A DNA stretch of 64,000 nt from an uncultured Bacilli bacterium (GCA_934168005.1 CAKPMN010000003.1:1100-65099), one strand, 5' to 3'; counted from the first letter of the stretch, positions 8,945 through 21,374 are shown. Notes: generated by a model not told the origin, from the sequence alone. Made by a program: numbers and translations.

Positions 8945-11900
8945 ATGAAGAATTTTAAAGAATTGGACAAAAGAGATGCATTTAAAGTTGAAACTGATAT
9001 TTTAAATGATTGGAAGAAAAGAAATATTTTAAATGAAACTATTGAAAATAGAAAAGATGCGAAAAATTGGGTTTTTTATGATGGACCTGCTACTGCTAAT
9101 GGAATGCCAGGATTACATCATATGGTTGCCAAATTTTTAAAGGATAGTTTTTGTAAATATCAAACAATGAAAGGTAATAGAGTTCTAAGAAAAGTTGGAT
9201 GGGATACTCATGGCTTACCTGTTGAAGTAAATGTTGAAAAAAAACTAGGATTTACTGGTAAGAGTGATATTGAAAAGTATGGAATTGAAAAGTTTAACAA
9301 ATTATGTAAAGAGACAGTATGGGACAATGAGGCAGCATTCAGAAGATTAACTGAAGAAATGGGTCAATTTATTGATTTGGATAACAGATATATTACATAT
9401 GATAATAATTATATTGAAACTGAATGGTGGATATTAAAAAAGTTTTTTGATGAAGGATTATTTTATGAGGGTGTTAAGATTATGCCTTGGTGTCCAAGAT
9501 GTGGAACAGGTCTTGCTTCACATGAAGTTGCTCAAGGGTATAAAGAAGTAGACGCTAATACAGTTATAGTTCCTTTTAAAATGGTAGATGAGGATACTTA
9601 CTTTTTAGTTTGGACAACAACTCCTTGGACTTTAATTTCTAACGTTGCTTTGTGTGTTAATCCTGATGAAGATTATGTCAAGGTAGAATCAAAAGGATAT
9701 AAATTTATATTAGCTAAAGCTTTAGTAAACAGTGTTTTAGGTGATGAGTATCAAATACTTGATACATTTAAAGGTTCAAGCTTAGAATATGTTAAATATG
9801 AACAATTAATACCTTCATTAGAAGTTAATGGAAATGCTTTCTTTGTAACATGTGATAGTTATGTCACTATGTCTGATGGAACTGGTGTAGTTCATATTGC
9901 CCCAGCATTTGGAGAAGATGATGCTAAGGTTGGAAAGAAATATAAATTAGCTTATGTTAATCCGGTTGGAGAAGATGCTCGTTATACTGAAGGTTTATGG
10001 AAAGGTATGAATATCTTTGAAGCTGATTTGGAAGTTATTAAATATTTAAAAGAAAATGATAAATTATTTAAAAAACAAAAAATTAAACATGATTATCCAC
10101 ATTGTTGGAGATGCGATTCACCTTTAGTTTATTATTCTAGACCTTCTTATTATTTAGAGGTTACTAAATTAAAAGATAAAATTATAGAAGAAAATAATAA
10201 AGTTAATTGGTTCCCATCTTTTGTTGGTGAAAAACGTTTTGGAAATTGGCTTGAAAATATGAATGATTGGGCAATTTCTAGAAATAGATATTGGGGGACT
10301 CCTCTTCCTTTATGGAGATGTACTTGTGGACATATGGAAATGATTGGCTCAAGAGATGAATTAGCTGATAAAGCAATTGAAAAGGTAGATTCAAAAACTA
10401 TAGATTTACATAGACCTTTTGTTGATGATATTCATCTAACATGTCCAAAGTGTGGAAATAAAATGACTAGGGCAACTGAGGTTATTGATTGTTGGTTTGA
10501 TTCTGGTGCAATGCCATTTGCTCAATATCATTATCCTTTTGAAAATAAAGAACTATGGGAAAGTCAATATCCTGCAGATTTTATAGCTGAAGGTATTGAT
10601 CAAACAAGAGGATGGTTTTATTCATTATTAGTGTTGGGTGTTTTTGTAACAGGTAAAAGTCCTTATAAAAATGTTTTAGTAAATGAGTTATTACTTGATA
10701 AACATGGTCAAAAGATGCATAAGAGTAAAGGAAATGCTGTTGAACCATTTTCTATTATTGAAAAATATGGTGCTGATACTGTAAGATTTTATTTAGCTTA
10801 TGTATCACCAACTTGGACTCCTTTAAAATTTGATGAGGATGGTTTAAAAGAAGTATATTCTAAATTCTTTAACCCTTTAAAGAACACTTATTCATTCTTC
10901 CAAACTTATGCAAATATTGATGGTATTGATATTAATGAATGTAATGTTAATTACGAAGATAGAGAAGAAATTGATAAGTGGTTACTTTCTAAATATAATA
11001 AATTAGTACGTGATTGTACTAAAGCATATGATGAATATGATTTAAATCAAGTAGTAAGAGCTATTACAAATTTTGTATCAGAAGATTTATCTAATTGGTA
11101 TATTAGAAGAAATAGAAATCGTTTTTGGGCATCAGAACTTGATATTTCTAAAAAATCTGTTTATATAACTACTTATGAAGTACTAAATGGTATTTGCCGT
11201 TTAATAGCTCCTGTTGTACCTTATACTACTGAGGAAATATATAAAGATTTAACTGGGGAAGAATCTGTTCATTTAGCTGATTTTCCTAAATATAATGAAG
11301 CTTATATCAATGGAACTATTGAAGAAAAAATGGATTTGGTTCGTAGTTTGATTAGTATTGGAAGATTTGTTCGTGAAGAGACTAAAATAAAAGTTAGACA
11401 ACCTTTAAGTGAGGCTTTAATTGATGGTAAGTCAAAAAATATAATTGGTGATTTAGTAGATTTAATTAAAGAAGAATTAAATGTTAAGAAAATAGTATTT
11501 GTTTCTGATTTAGGTGAATATATGAATTTTTCTATTAAACCTAATTTTAAAGTTGTTGGAAAAGTTTTAGGTTCAAAAATGAAAGAATTCCAAGAAAAGC
11601 TAGAAAAATTAAATGAAGAAGAAATTAATAAATTAAATTCTGATCAAACTATAATGTTAACATTAGCTGGTGAAGAAATAGAAGTAACAAAAGAAATGAT
11701 TGAAATTAGAATAACAGCTAAGGAAGGCTTTGATGTTGCATCATTAAATAATAATTTCATTATTTTAAATACTACTTTAACAGATGATTTGATATTAGAA
11801 GGAATTGCTCGTGAGTTTATTTCAAAAATCCAAAATATGAGAAAAAATAATGATTATAATATTATGGATCGTATTAATGTTTTATATAGTGGCGATGATT

Positions 11901-12037
11901 TAGTGTTAGAAGCTATTTCTAAATATAGTAATGAAATAAAAAAAGAGATTTTAGCTGATAATATAACTATAAAAGAACAGCAAGAAAAAGTTGATTTAAA
12001 TGGTCATGATGCTACTATTAAAGTCGATAAAATATAA
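8945..12037 (+). CDS. ileS: Isoleucine--tRNA ligase, long type-2 (eukaryote-like) form
   Basis: 1030 aa. HIGH-region variant PGLHHMVAK, KMSKS variant KMHKSKGN, an editing CP1 insert (WTTTPWTL), and a long C-terminal extension typical of IleRS2. Confidence 0.95.
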   Translation: MKNFKELDKRDAFKVETDILNDWKKRNILNETIENRKDAKNWVFYDGPATANGMPGLHHMVAKFLKDSFCKYQTMKGNRVLRKVGWDTHGLPVEVNVEKKLGFTGKSDIEKYGIEKFNKLCKETVWDNEAAFRRLTEEMGQFIDLDNRYITYDNNYIETEWWILKKFFDEGLFYEGVKIMPWCPRCGTGLASHEVAQGYKEVDANTVIVPFKMVDEDTYFLVWTTTPWTLISNVALCVNPDEDYVKVESKGYKFILAKALVNSVLGDEYQILDTFKGSSLEYVKYEQLIPSLEVNGNAFFVTCDSYVTMSDGTGVVHIAPAFGEDDAKVGKKYKLAYVNPVGEDARYTEGLWKGMNIFEADLEVIKYLKENDKLFKKQKIKHDYPHCWRCDSPLVYYSRPSYYLEVTKLKDKIIEENNKVNWFPSFVGEKRFGNWLENMNDWAISRNRYWGTPLPLWRCTCGHMEMIGSRDELADKAIEKVDSKTIDLHRPFVDDIHLTCPKCGNKMTRATEVIDCWFDSGAMPFAQYHYPFENKELWESQYPADFIAEGIDQTRGWFYSLLVLGVFVTGKSPYKNVLVNELLLDKHGQKMHKSKGNAVEPFSIIEKYGADTVRFYLAYVSPTWTPLKFDEDGLKEVYSKFFNPLKNTYSFFQTYANIDGIDINECNVNYEDREEIDKWLLSKYNKLVRDCTKAYDEYDLNQVVRAITNFVSEDLSNWYIRRNRNRFWASELDISKKSVYITTYEVLNGICRLIAPVVPYTTEEIYKDLTGEESVHLADFPKYNEAYINGTIEEKMDLVRSLISIGRFVREETKIKVRQPLSEALIDGKSKNIIGDLVDLIKEELNVKKIVFVSDLGEYMNFSIKPNFKVVGKVLGSKMKEFQEKLEKLNEEEINKLNSDQTIMLTLAGEEIEVTKEMIEIRITAKEGFDVASLNNNFIILNTTLTDDLILEGIAREFISKIQNMRKNNDYNIMDRINVLYSGDDLVLEAISKYSNEIKKEILADNITIKEQQEKVDLNGHDATIKVDKI

Positions 12038-12047
12038 AAAGAATTGG

Positions 12048-12584
12048 TTATTTTTGACCAATTCTTTTTTCATCTAATAAGTTTTTATTTAAATATGTTA
12101 TTTCCATTAGTTTCCAAATTAAGAATTCATTGTAATTTCCTAGTTCTATATCATCTGCCATTAAATCGAATTGTGGAATATGGTATCTTACTAATCCTTC
12201 TAATGTTCCATTTAAGAAATCTCCATCTTTTCTATTTAAACTATCAATTACTTCTTTTAAATCTAGTATTTTCTTTTTATCAACTTTATAATCTTCTAAA
12301 ACTCTTTCTATAAAGTATTCATCATCTGGGAATATTATATTGTTTATGACTAATATTCTTTCAACTTTGCTTAAAGAAATTTTAGTGTTTATATCAATTC
12401 TTATCTCTTTGCCTGAATTTATTTTAGCTACTTCTAAAATATCTCTCATTTTAATATTTTTTTTATTTCTTCTCATATTGATTAGTTTTGCATTAGCAAA
12501 ACCTTTTATTAATTTATATCTTTCTTCTATTCCTGCATACTGGAAATCTTTTTCTTTTATTATATTTTGATAATGAAATGCCAT
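12048..12584 (-). CDS. Hypothetical protein (178 aa)
   Basis: Strong RBS (AAAGGAGGA 6 nt before the ATG). It is the lone reverse-strand gene between ileS and tgt. I recognise no motif. Confidence 0.5.
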   Translation of the reverse strand: MAFHYQNIIKEKDFQYAGIEERYKLIKGFANAKLINMRRNKKNIKMRDILEVAKINSGKEIRIDINTKISLSKVERILVINNIIFPDDEYFIERVLEDYKVDKKKILDLKEVIDSLNRKDGDFLNGTLEGLVRYHIPQFDLMADDIELGNYNEFLIWKLMEITYLNKNLLDEKRIGQK

Positions 12585-12663
12585 AAATCCTCCTTTGTAT
12601 TAAATATTATACATTAAAGTTTTTATATTTCAAGATTGTTTATCCATTATTTTTCCTGTATAA

Positions 12664-14602
<1,939 letters not shown>

Positions 14603-14611
14603 AAGAGCAGA

Positions 14612-14983
14612 CTATTTGTCTGCTTTTGCTTTAAAATTAATTCCAATCATACTTCCTAGAGTTGTTGATATAATAAGTATTATGTAATAAATAGTGTTTT
14701 TAAATTCGAATTTATTTTTTAGAATAAGAGATATTATAAACATTAATAATATTATTATAAGTCCCTGTTTAATTCCTTCTAGCCATCCTTTTTGTGTAGA
14801 TTTTTTTCCAGTTATTATTCCACCAATAAAAATAGATATTATAGGTATAAGTATTTTAAACAAAGCAGTTGTATTTCCTTTTATTATTTCAAAATAACTT
14901 AAAGTAGTTGTCATAAGAGTTAAAAGTAATATTAATAAAAATATTATACCAATACTAATACCTATTTTTTTTAAATAATTCAT
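14612..14983 (-). CDS. Small multi-TM membrane protein (YrzE/TIGR04086-like)
   Basis: 123 aa with 3-4 hydrophobic helices. RBS AGGTGA. Confidence 0.45.
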   Translation of the reverse strand: MNYLKKIGISIGIIFLLILLLTLMTTTLSYFEIIKGNTTALFKILIPIISIFIGGIITGKKSTQKGWLEGIKQGLIIILLMFIISLILKNKFEFKNTIYYIILIISTTLGSMIGINFKAKADK

Positions 14984-15053
14984 ATAATCACCTAATTTAC
15001 TTTATTCTTTGAATAAAAAAATATAACTGTTTCATAATTAAATAGGTGATAAT

Positions 15054-15683
15054 ATGTATATAACATTAGTAATAAAAACATTTATTTTGTATTTTTTTAT
15101 TGTTTTAGTTTATAGAATAATGGGAAAAAAAGAGGTTGGAGAATTAAGCATAATTGATCTTATTGTTACTATACTAATTGCTGAACTAGCTGCTATTAGT
15201 ATAGAAAACTATAAAAGTTCTATACTTATTTCAATACTTCCAATAGTTGTTTTGGTAATCATTCAGATTTCTTTAAGTTATCTAAGTATTAAATCAAATG
15301 GCATCAGGAATTTTATTGATGGGAAACCTAGTGTTATTATAAAAAATGGTAAAATTAATTTTTCTTTAATGAATAAAATTAGGTATAGTTTAGATGACTT
15401 ATTGAGTCAATTACGAGATAAAGAAATAAGAAGTCTAGATGAAGTTGAGTATGCAGTATTAGAAAACAGTGGAACATTATCTGTTTTTAAAAGTGGTAAA
15501 GATTATCCGATGCCTCTTATATTAGATGGTCAAATTGATTATGATACACTAAATGAAATTAATAAAACTGAATCGTGGTTGTATAGTCTTTTAAAGAAAA
15601 AAACATTATTAGTAGAAGATATTTTCTATGCTTTTTATAAAAATAACCAATTATATATAATTAAAAAGAGTGAAGTCATATAA
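15054..15683 (+). CDS. DUF421 (YetF-like) membrane protein
   Basis: 209 aa. Contains RIMGKKEVGELSIIDLIVTILIAE, plus a C-terminal soluble domain typical of the YetF/YdfS family. Confidence 0.7.
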   Translation: MYITLVIKTFILYFFIVLVYRIMGKKEVGELSIIDLIVTILIAELAAISIENYKSSILISILPIVVLVIIQISLSYLSIKSNGIRNFIDGKPSVIIKNGKINFSLMNKIRYSLDDLLSQLRDKEIRSLDEVEYAVLENSGTLSVFKSGKDYPMPLILDGQIDYDTLNEINKTESWLYSLLKKKTLLVEDIFYAFYKNNQLYIIKKSEVI

Positions 15684-15740
15684 CTGTTTTACATTTTTAT
15701 AATTTTTTGTTATAATGATAAAAATAGAAAGTGGTGGCTT

Positions 15741-16259
15741 ATGGATAATCAAAAAGATATTTTTGGAAGAGATTTAAGTGAATTAGAAAATAATAATACA
15801 CAAAATATTTCTAATACAAGTCAAGAAAATAGTTATATTCAAGTAGAACAACCTGTAATTAATCAACAAACAACTCAAACACCAATTTCACAAGTTCCTC
15901 AAAATCAAGGAATTTTTGTACAAAATGGTGCACAAACTGTAGAATCTACTAATCAAGATGTTAATACGCAAAATGTTGTAGAAGAAGTAGTTGAAAAACC
16001 AACTAGTGTTGTAGAGTTTGTTGATCCAAATATAAGTGTGAAAGATGATAGTTATAATGAGATGCCTTTTGTTGGTGTTAATCAAAGTGATATGACTGTA
16101 ACAGAAGAAAATATAATGGATAAACAAATAGAAGTTAATGATAATATGAAGCCAGTAGAAGAAGTTGTTGATGAGAATTCTGGATTAAAATTTTTATTAG
16201 TTATTGGGATAATTTTAGCAATTGCTATTATTTTATTACCTGTATTTTTAAAATTATAA
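15741..16259 (+). CDS. Hypothetical Q/N/T/V-rich protein with a C-terminal TM anchor
   Basis: 172 aa, low complexity, with a terminal helix LKFLLVIGIILAIAIILLPVFL. Confidence 0.45.
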   Translation: MDNQKDIFGRDLSELENNNTQNISNTSQENSYIQVEQPVINQQTTQTPISQVPQNQGIFVQNGAQTVESTNQDVNTQNVVEEVVEKPTSVVEFVDPNISVKDDSYNEMPFVGVNQSDMTVTEENIMDKQIEVNDNMKPVEEVVDENSGLKFLLVIGIILAIAIILLPVFLKL

Positions 16260-16280
16260 AAGAAGTACATTGTACTTCTT

Positions 16281-16583
16281 TTATTTTTGGATTGATAACT
16301 CTATTATTTTATTAATGTCATCATCATTTTCTTTAATATTCTTATGTAACTCATTACATTTATCGCACTTATATATTATTTTATAAGTATCTTTGAATTT
16401 TTCTATACCTATAGGTCTTAATAATCCTTTGCACTTATTCATCCTATCTCCAGGATTTATATCTACATGTTTAGAAAATAAACAATAAGGACAGTGATCT
16501 CTTGCTGTATATGATGATTTATCTACATGTTTTCCACAGTTTTCGCAAATAAATTCTTCATTAATCATATTAAATTTTTTCAT
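16281..16583 (-). CDS. RNHCP-domain zinc-ribbon protein
   Basis: 100 aa. Contains CENCGK...ARDHCPYCLFSKHVD...CKG...CDKC, matching the RNHCP domain pattern. Confidence 0.6.
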   Translation of the reverse strand: MKKFNMINEEFICENCGKHVDKSSYTARDHCPYCLFSKHVDINPGDRMNKCKGLLRPIGIEKFKDTYKIIYKCDKCNELHKNIKENDDDINKIIELSIQK

Positions 16584-16661
16584 AAAATCACCAAAAAAAT
16601 TATATCATAAGTCCATAAAAAAACAAAATGTATGATATAATATTTTTAATGTGGTGATATT

Positions 16662-17384
16662 ATGAAGTATGAGATTAAAATAAATGAATTTGAAGGACCT
16701 CTTGACTTACTTCTTCATTTAATAAAATCTTCTGATATGAATATTTTTGATATAAATCTAGCAGTTATAACTAATCAATATTTAGATTATATTGAGGCTA
16801 TGGAAGAAATGAATTTAAATGTTGCAAGTGAATATTTAGTTATGGCGGCAGAACTAATAGAAATAAAATCTTCTATACTTCTTCCAAAACCAGTTATAGA
16901 GGAAGATTCTTATGAAGAAGATCCAAGAGAAGCTTTAATTGAAAGATTGCTTGATTACAAAAAGTATAAAGAAGTTACTTCTTCATTTAAAGAGTTAGAA
17001 GAAAAAAGAAATCAAGTATATACAAAATGTCCTGAAAATTTGAAAGCTTATACAAATTATGATATTGATACAATGAGTAATATTGATTTATCAATGTTAG
17101 TTGAAGCTCTTAATAAATTTTTAGAAAGAAAAGAAGAAGAAAAGCCACTTCATACAACTGTTACTACAAAAGAATATTCTGTTAAAGAAAGAAGTAGAGA
17201 AATAAGATCTTTACTCCATCAAAAGAAAAAACTATCATTCAATGAATTATTTGATATACCAAGAAAAGATTATGTTATAGTTACATTTTTATCCATTCTT
17301 AGTATGTGTAAAAAAAGTGAGATAGAAATTAAGCAGGAAAATAATTTTGATGATATTTATTTAAGCCTAAGGAGTGATGATTAA
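16662..17384 (+). CDS. scpA: Segregation and condensation protein A
   Basis: 240 aa. Begins FEGPLDLLLHLIKSSDMNIFDINLAVITNQYLDYI. Confidence 0.9.
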   Translation: MKYEIKINEFEGPLDLLLHLIKSSDMNIFDINLAVITNQYLDYIEAMEEMNLNVASEYLVMAAELIEIKSSILLPKPVIEEDSYEEDPREALIERLLDYKKYKEVTSSFKELEEKRNQVYTKCPENLKAYTNYDIDTMSNIDLSMLVEALNKFLERKEEEKPLHTTVTTKEYSVKERSREIRSLLHQKKKLSFNELFDIPRKDYVIVTFLSILSMCKKSEIEIKQENNFDDIYLSLRSDD

Positions 17385-17944
17385 TGAAAACTGGTGTTTT
17401 AGAAGGCTTACTTTTCATAGTTGGAGAAGATGGTCTTGATATAAAACAAGTTGAAGATACATTGGAGTGTTCTTATGAAGATGTAAAAAAGATGATAGGT
17501 GAACTTTGTAATATATATAATGATGAAAAGAGAGGATTAAAATTAGTTGTATATGGCAATAGACTTAAGCTTACCACAAAGCCAGAACATAGAAAGTTTT
17601 ATGAAAAATTAGCAGCAGATGATGATTCATATTTATCACAAGCAGCTTTAGAAACTCTTGCAATAATTGCTTATAATGAACCTATAACTTGTATAAAGAT
17701 AGATGAGATAAGAGGAGTAAGCAGTAGACATATGGTTAGAAAACTTATTTCCAAAAATTTAATTAAAGAGGTTGGCAAATCAGATTTACCAGGTCGACCT
17801 TTAATGTATGGTGTTACAGATGAGTTTTTAGACCATTTTGGTTTATCTGCAACAAGTGAACTTCCAGAATTAAAAGAAGTTGAATTAACCAAGGAAGATG
17901 AAGATTTATATCAAACTAGGTATAACGATGAAAAAGAAAATTAG
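17384..17944 (+). CDS. scpB: Segregation and condensation protein B
   Basis: 186 aa. Contains LEGLLFIVGEDGL, LSQAALETLAIIAYNEPIT and GRPLMYGVTDEFLDHFGL. Start overlaps the scpA stop. Confidence 0.9.
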   Translation: MKTGVLEGLLFIVGEDGLDIKQVEDTLECSYEDVKKMIGELCNIYNDEKRGLKLVVYGNRLKLTTKPEHRKFYEKLAADDDSYLSQAALETLAIIAYNEPITCIKIDEIRGVSSRHMVRKLISKNLIKEVGKSDLPGRPLMYGVTDEFLDHFGLSATSELPELKEVELTKEDEDLYQTRYNDEKEN

Positions 17945-18017
17945 TTTATATAAATATAATTGAATATTAATTATTAATTGTGTTAAAGATGTGATATAAC
18001 ATTAACAAGGTGATTTT

Positions 18018-18410
18018 ATGAGTATTAGAATTGTACCAATGGATTTAAATAATTCAGAGTTTTTAGGAAAAGTTATTCCACAAATTCAAAATGATTATTT
18101 TGTCAATTATTTAAATAATGACGGATGGTATAAATATCAAAAGTCAGGTATTGAAGCAGAAAATGGAGATTTATTATTATTTCAAATAAATAATTTAATT
18201 ATTGCTTCAGCTATATATGACATGCCTATGTGTAAGATAAACCAATTTATTGTACGAAAAGGAACAGTTAAAGTATTTAAACCTATTGATAAAAATGAAT
18301 TTCAAAATATATTTGATGATTTTAAAAGATTTAGTAATGCAAAATATATATTTAAACCTACCAAAGAGCAAATGGATTTATTGACAAAAAGAATGGATGT
18401 TATTGAATAA
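18018..18410 (+). CDS. Hypothetical protein (130 aa)
   Basis: ORF with an AAGGTGA RBS. I recognise no motif. Confidence 0.45.
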   Translation: MSIRIVPMDLNNSEFLGKVIPQIQNDYFVNYLNNDGWYKYQKSGIEAENGDLLLFQINNLIIASAIYDMPMCKINQFIVRKGTVKVFKPIDKNEFQNIFDDFKRFSNAKYIFKPTKEQMDLLTKRMDVIE

Positions 18411-18479
18411 AATATAAATAGTATAAAAAATCATTATATCTTTTTAAAAAATTATGATATAATGATGTTGTACTCTTTT

Positions 18480-18565
18480 GCCAGCCTGGCGGAATGGTAG
18501 ACGCAGCAGACTCAAAATCTGCCGGTAGCAATACTGTGAGGGTTCAAGTCCCTTGGCTGGTACCA
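18480..18565 (+). tRNA. tRNA-Leu (anticodon CAA), encoded CCA
   Basis: Acceptor GCCAGCC/GGCTGGT, anticodon stem GCAGA/TCTGC with loop CTCAAAA, a long variable arm, TPsiC GGTTCAAGTCC and 3' ACCA. Confidence 0.9.
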
Positions 18566-18947
18566 ATGACAAATTTGTTCGTTTATTCGGACTTTTAATG
18601 TGAAATCAATCATATTTGATTGATTTTTTTTTATAAAAAAATAACGTAATATTTATTCGTTCTTTTTCTTAAATTGAAATTACAAAAAAGAATTATTTGT
18701 TAGTTAAAACAAGTTTATTCAATTTAAATATTATAAATAAAACTTTTTTTATATATTTTACAACTATATTTTATTATGTTATTTTTTTATTGGTGATATC
18801 ATGCACATAAGACAAGAAGAATTCCTAATGGAATATGTAAATTTAAAATTAATGGAATCATATTTGATTGAAGATATGATAATTATGCTTAATTCTTTAA
18901 ATTTATCTATAAATGTGTTATAATTTATTTCAAAAAAGAGGTGTAGT

Positions 18948-20126
18948 ATGGAACAAGTTATAATGATTAAATATGGTGAATTAACTACTAAGAAAGCTAA
19001 TCGCAAATTTTTTATCAATACATTAAATACGAATATACTTAAATTATTAAATGGACTTGATATAAAAATCAAAAAAGATAGAGTTCGTATGTATATTGAG
19101 TGCGATAAATCAATACTGGATGAAGTTGTTATGAGACTTAAAAAGGTTTTTGGATTACATGGTATAGTAATATGCCATAAAGTAGATAATAATATAGAAG
19201 CAATAGAACAAATGGCTTTAAAGTTAGTAAAAGAAAAAGACTATAAATCTTTTAAAGTTGAAACTAAAAGAGCTGATAAAGATTTTCCTATACATAGTCA
19301 AGATATGAATAGAAGAATAGGTGGACTTATTTTAAAAAATACTGATTTAAAAGTTGATGTTCATAATCCTGATTGCTTACTTCATATAGAAATAAGAAAA
19401 GAAGGAGTTTTTCTTTATACTAACGAAATTCCAGGGATAGGTGGATATCCTGTTGGAATCCAAGGTAAAGGATTACTTATGTTATCTGGAGGAATAGATT
19501 CTCCTGTTGCTGGATATCTTGCTTTAAAAAGAGGTGTTGATATAGATTGCTTATATTTTGAATCACCACCTCATACAAGTATAGAAGCTAAAAATAAAGT
19601 AAAAGAATTAGCTAGAATAATAAATGAATATTCTTCTAATATTCACTTAATAGTAGTTCCTTTTACTAACATCCAAGAAGCTATTTATAAAAATGTTCCT
19701 GATAGTTATATTATTACCATTATGCGTAGAATGATGTATCGTATAGGTGAAAAGATAGCTTTAAAAAATAAATGTAAAATTTTAATAAATGGTGAAAGCA
19801 TAGGACAAGTTGCCAGTCAAACATTAACTAGTATGAGTGTTATAAATGAAGTTGTTAAAATGCCTGTTATAAGACCAGTTGCTTGTATGGATAAATTAGA
19901 AATAATTGATATTGCAAATAAAATAGGAACTTACGAAACAAGTATTTTACCATATGAAGATTGTTGTACAATCTTTTTACCAAAACATCCTGTTATAAAT
20001 CCAGATTTAAAGAAATGTATAGAAGCTGAATCTAGGTTTGATTACATTAGTTTAATAGATGAAGCTGTTGATAATGTAGAAGTTATTAAAAATTTAGATC
20101 TTAAAAATTTTGAAGATTATTTATAA
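18948..20126 (+). CDS. thiI: tRNA 4-thiouridine synthase ThiI
   Basis: 392 aa. Has a THUMP-type N-terminus (KYGELTTKKANR) and the PP-loop SGGIDSPVAG. Confidence 0.9.
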   Translation: MEQVIMIKYGELTTKKANRKFFINTLNTNILKLLNGLDIKIKKDRVRMYIECDKSILDEVVMRLKKVFGLHGIVICHKVDNNIEAIEQMALKLVKEKDYKSFKVETKRADKDFPIHSQDMNRRIGGLILKNTDLKVDVHNPDCLLHIEIRKEGVFLYTNEIPGIGGYPVGIQGKGLLMLSGGIDSPVAGYLALKRGVDIDCLYFESPPHTSIEAKNKVKELARIINEYSSNIHLIVVPFTNIQEAIYKNVPDSYIITIMRRMMYRIGEKIALKNKCKILINGESIGQVASQTLTSMSVINEVVKMPVIRPVACMDKLEIIDIANKIGTYETSILPYEDCCTIFLPKHPVINPDLKKCIEAESRFDYISLIDEAVDNVEVIKNLDLKNFEDYL

Positions 20127-20203
20127 CCAAAAATTGCCAATAAAAAAATAGTATATAAAATATCTCCCGACGCATGTTATTAGTGTACGGGAGGTGAAAA
20201 CGT

Positions 20204-20410
20204 ATGAAAAATTCTATGAACAAATTTGCAGTTCCAGGAGCTAAACAAGCTATTGAAAAAATGAAATATGAAATAGCTTCAGAACTTGGAGTAAATATGG
20301 GACCTGATGCTACTAGCCGTGCTAACGGATCTGTTGGTGGTGAAATCACTAAGAGATTAGTTCAAATGGGTGAACAACATTTAGGTGGTTCAAACTATCA
20401 AACTAAATAG
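20204..20410 (+). CDS. Small acid-soluble spore protein, alpha/beta type
   Basis: 68 aa. Contains [10 protein letters not shown] and [12 protein letters not shown], the signature SASP motifs. Confidence 0.9.
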   Translation: MKNSMNKFAVPGAKQAIEKMKYEIASELGVNMGPDATSRANGSVGGEITKRLVQMGEQHLGGSNYQTK

Positions 20411-20489
20411 TTAATTAAGACAGTTTATCTGTCTTTTTTATGTATATAAAAACTTTTTTAGTAAATAATATAAATGGGAGGTAAGTTTT

Positions 20490-20681
20490 ATGAATCAAAA
20501 TAAATTTGTTGTTCCAGGAAGTAAAAATGCAATTGAAAATATGAAATATGAAATTGCTAAAGAATTTGGAATAACTTTAGGTGCAGAAACATCTTCTAGA
20601 TTAAACGGTAGTGTTGGTGGAGAAATCACAAAGCGTTTAGTCAGATTAGGTGAACAAAGTTTAGAAAACAGAAATTATTAA
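20490..20681 (+). CDS. Small acid-soluble spore protein, alpha/beta type (paralog)
   Basis: 63 aa. Contains [10 protein letters not shown] and [12 protein letters not shown]. Confidence 0.9.
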   Translation: MNQNKFVVPGSKNAIENMKYEIAKEFGITLGAETSSRLNGSVGGEITKRLVRLGEQSLENRNY

Positions 20682-20759
20682 AAGCAAAGTCTTAGGACTT
20701 TGTTTTTTTTATTGATTTAGTCTACAAAATAACTTAAAATATATTATAAGGTGTAACGT

Positions 20760-20981
20760 ATGAAGTTAAAGAATAATAAGGGTTTTGTAGTAACTGTAGT
20801 TTTATACTTTTTATTTATAGTTTACTTGGCTTTAATAGCCAATCTTTTGGCGCTTATGAGTATTAGAAGGCAAATATTAGATAAAATGAAAAGAGAAATA
20901 CTTAATACTAGTTACGAAGAAATAGATGAATTTATAACTTATAAAGACACCGATATAGAAGAAAATGATATGGATGAATAG
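20760..20981 (+). CDS. Hypothetical small membrane protein
   Basis: 73 aa with one N-terminal TM helix and an acidic tail. Confidence 0.35.
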   Translation: MKLKNNKGFVVTVVLYFLFIVYLALIANLLALMSIRRQILDKMKREILNTSYEEIDEFITYKDTDIEENDMDE

Positions 20982-21041
20982 AATTCCTTATACATTGACA
21001 AAATTCTAAAAATCTTATAAAATGATTGTAATAGTTGAGAG

Positions 21042-21374
21042 GTGATATGTGTGTATCAAGATAGAATATTACTTACAGGTAAAGATATTTTAGAAAAAGA
21101 TTTTAAAATTGATACAAGAGGTTATAGACCACAAGAGGTAGATAAGTTTTTGGATGTCATCATCAGAGATTATGAAGAGTTTTTTGCCATAATCAAAGAA
21201 ATTGAGAATGAAAAAAAAGATTTAATTGAAGAAAATATAAAATTAAAACAAGAGATAAGAAATTTAAAAACTAAAATAGAAGTTTTAAGAGAAGATTCTG
21301 GTACTGATGTTAATAATGCAGATCTATTAAGAAGACTTTCTAATTTAGAAAAAATTATATATGGCAAAGAATAA
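21042..21374 (+). CDS. gpsB: GpsB (DivIVA-domain cell-cycle protein)
   Basis: Contains LTGKDILEKDFKIDTRGYRPQEVDKFLDVIIRDYEEF, then a coiled coil. GTG start at 21042 or 21051. rnpB follows, as in Bacillus. Confidence 0.8.
   Translation: MICVYQDRILLTGKDILEKDFKIDTRGYRPQEVDKFLDVIIRDYEEFFAIIKEIENEKKDLIEENIKLKQEIRNLKTKIEVLREDSGTDVNNADLLRRLSNLEKIIYGKE

Noticed and set aside
18801-18923. 40-codon ORF (MHIRQEEFLMEYVNLKLMESYLIEDMIIMLNSLNLSINVL) with a GGTGA RBS in the tRNA-Leu/thiI intergenic region.
   Set aside because: It is too short and compositionally ordinary for this AT-rich DNA. It overlaps the likely thiI promoter and has no recognisable motif. It cannot be supported without conservation or Ribo-seq data.
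20130-20490. Forespore (SigG/SigF-type) promoters upstream of the two SASP genes, for example GTATAT..N18..TAATATA before 20490.
   Set aside because: They are plausible biologically. In DNA this AT-rich, though, such loose matches arise by chance, and I could not fix the -35/-10 spacing convincingly for the first gene.
20760-20981. Possible prepilin/pseudopilin, based on the N-terminus KNNKGFVVTVVLYFLF.
   Set aside because: It lacks the conserved Glu at +5 after the G|F site and has no pilin-like body or neighbouring com/pil genes. It is kept only as a hypothetical membrane protein.
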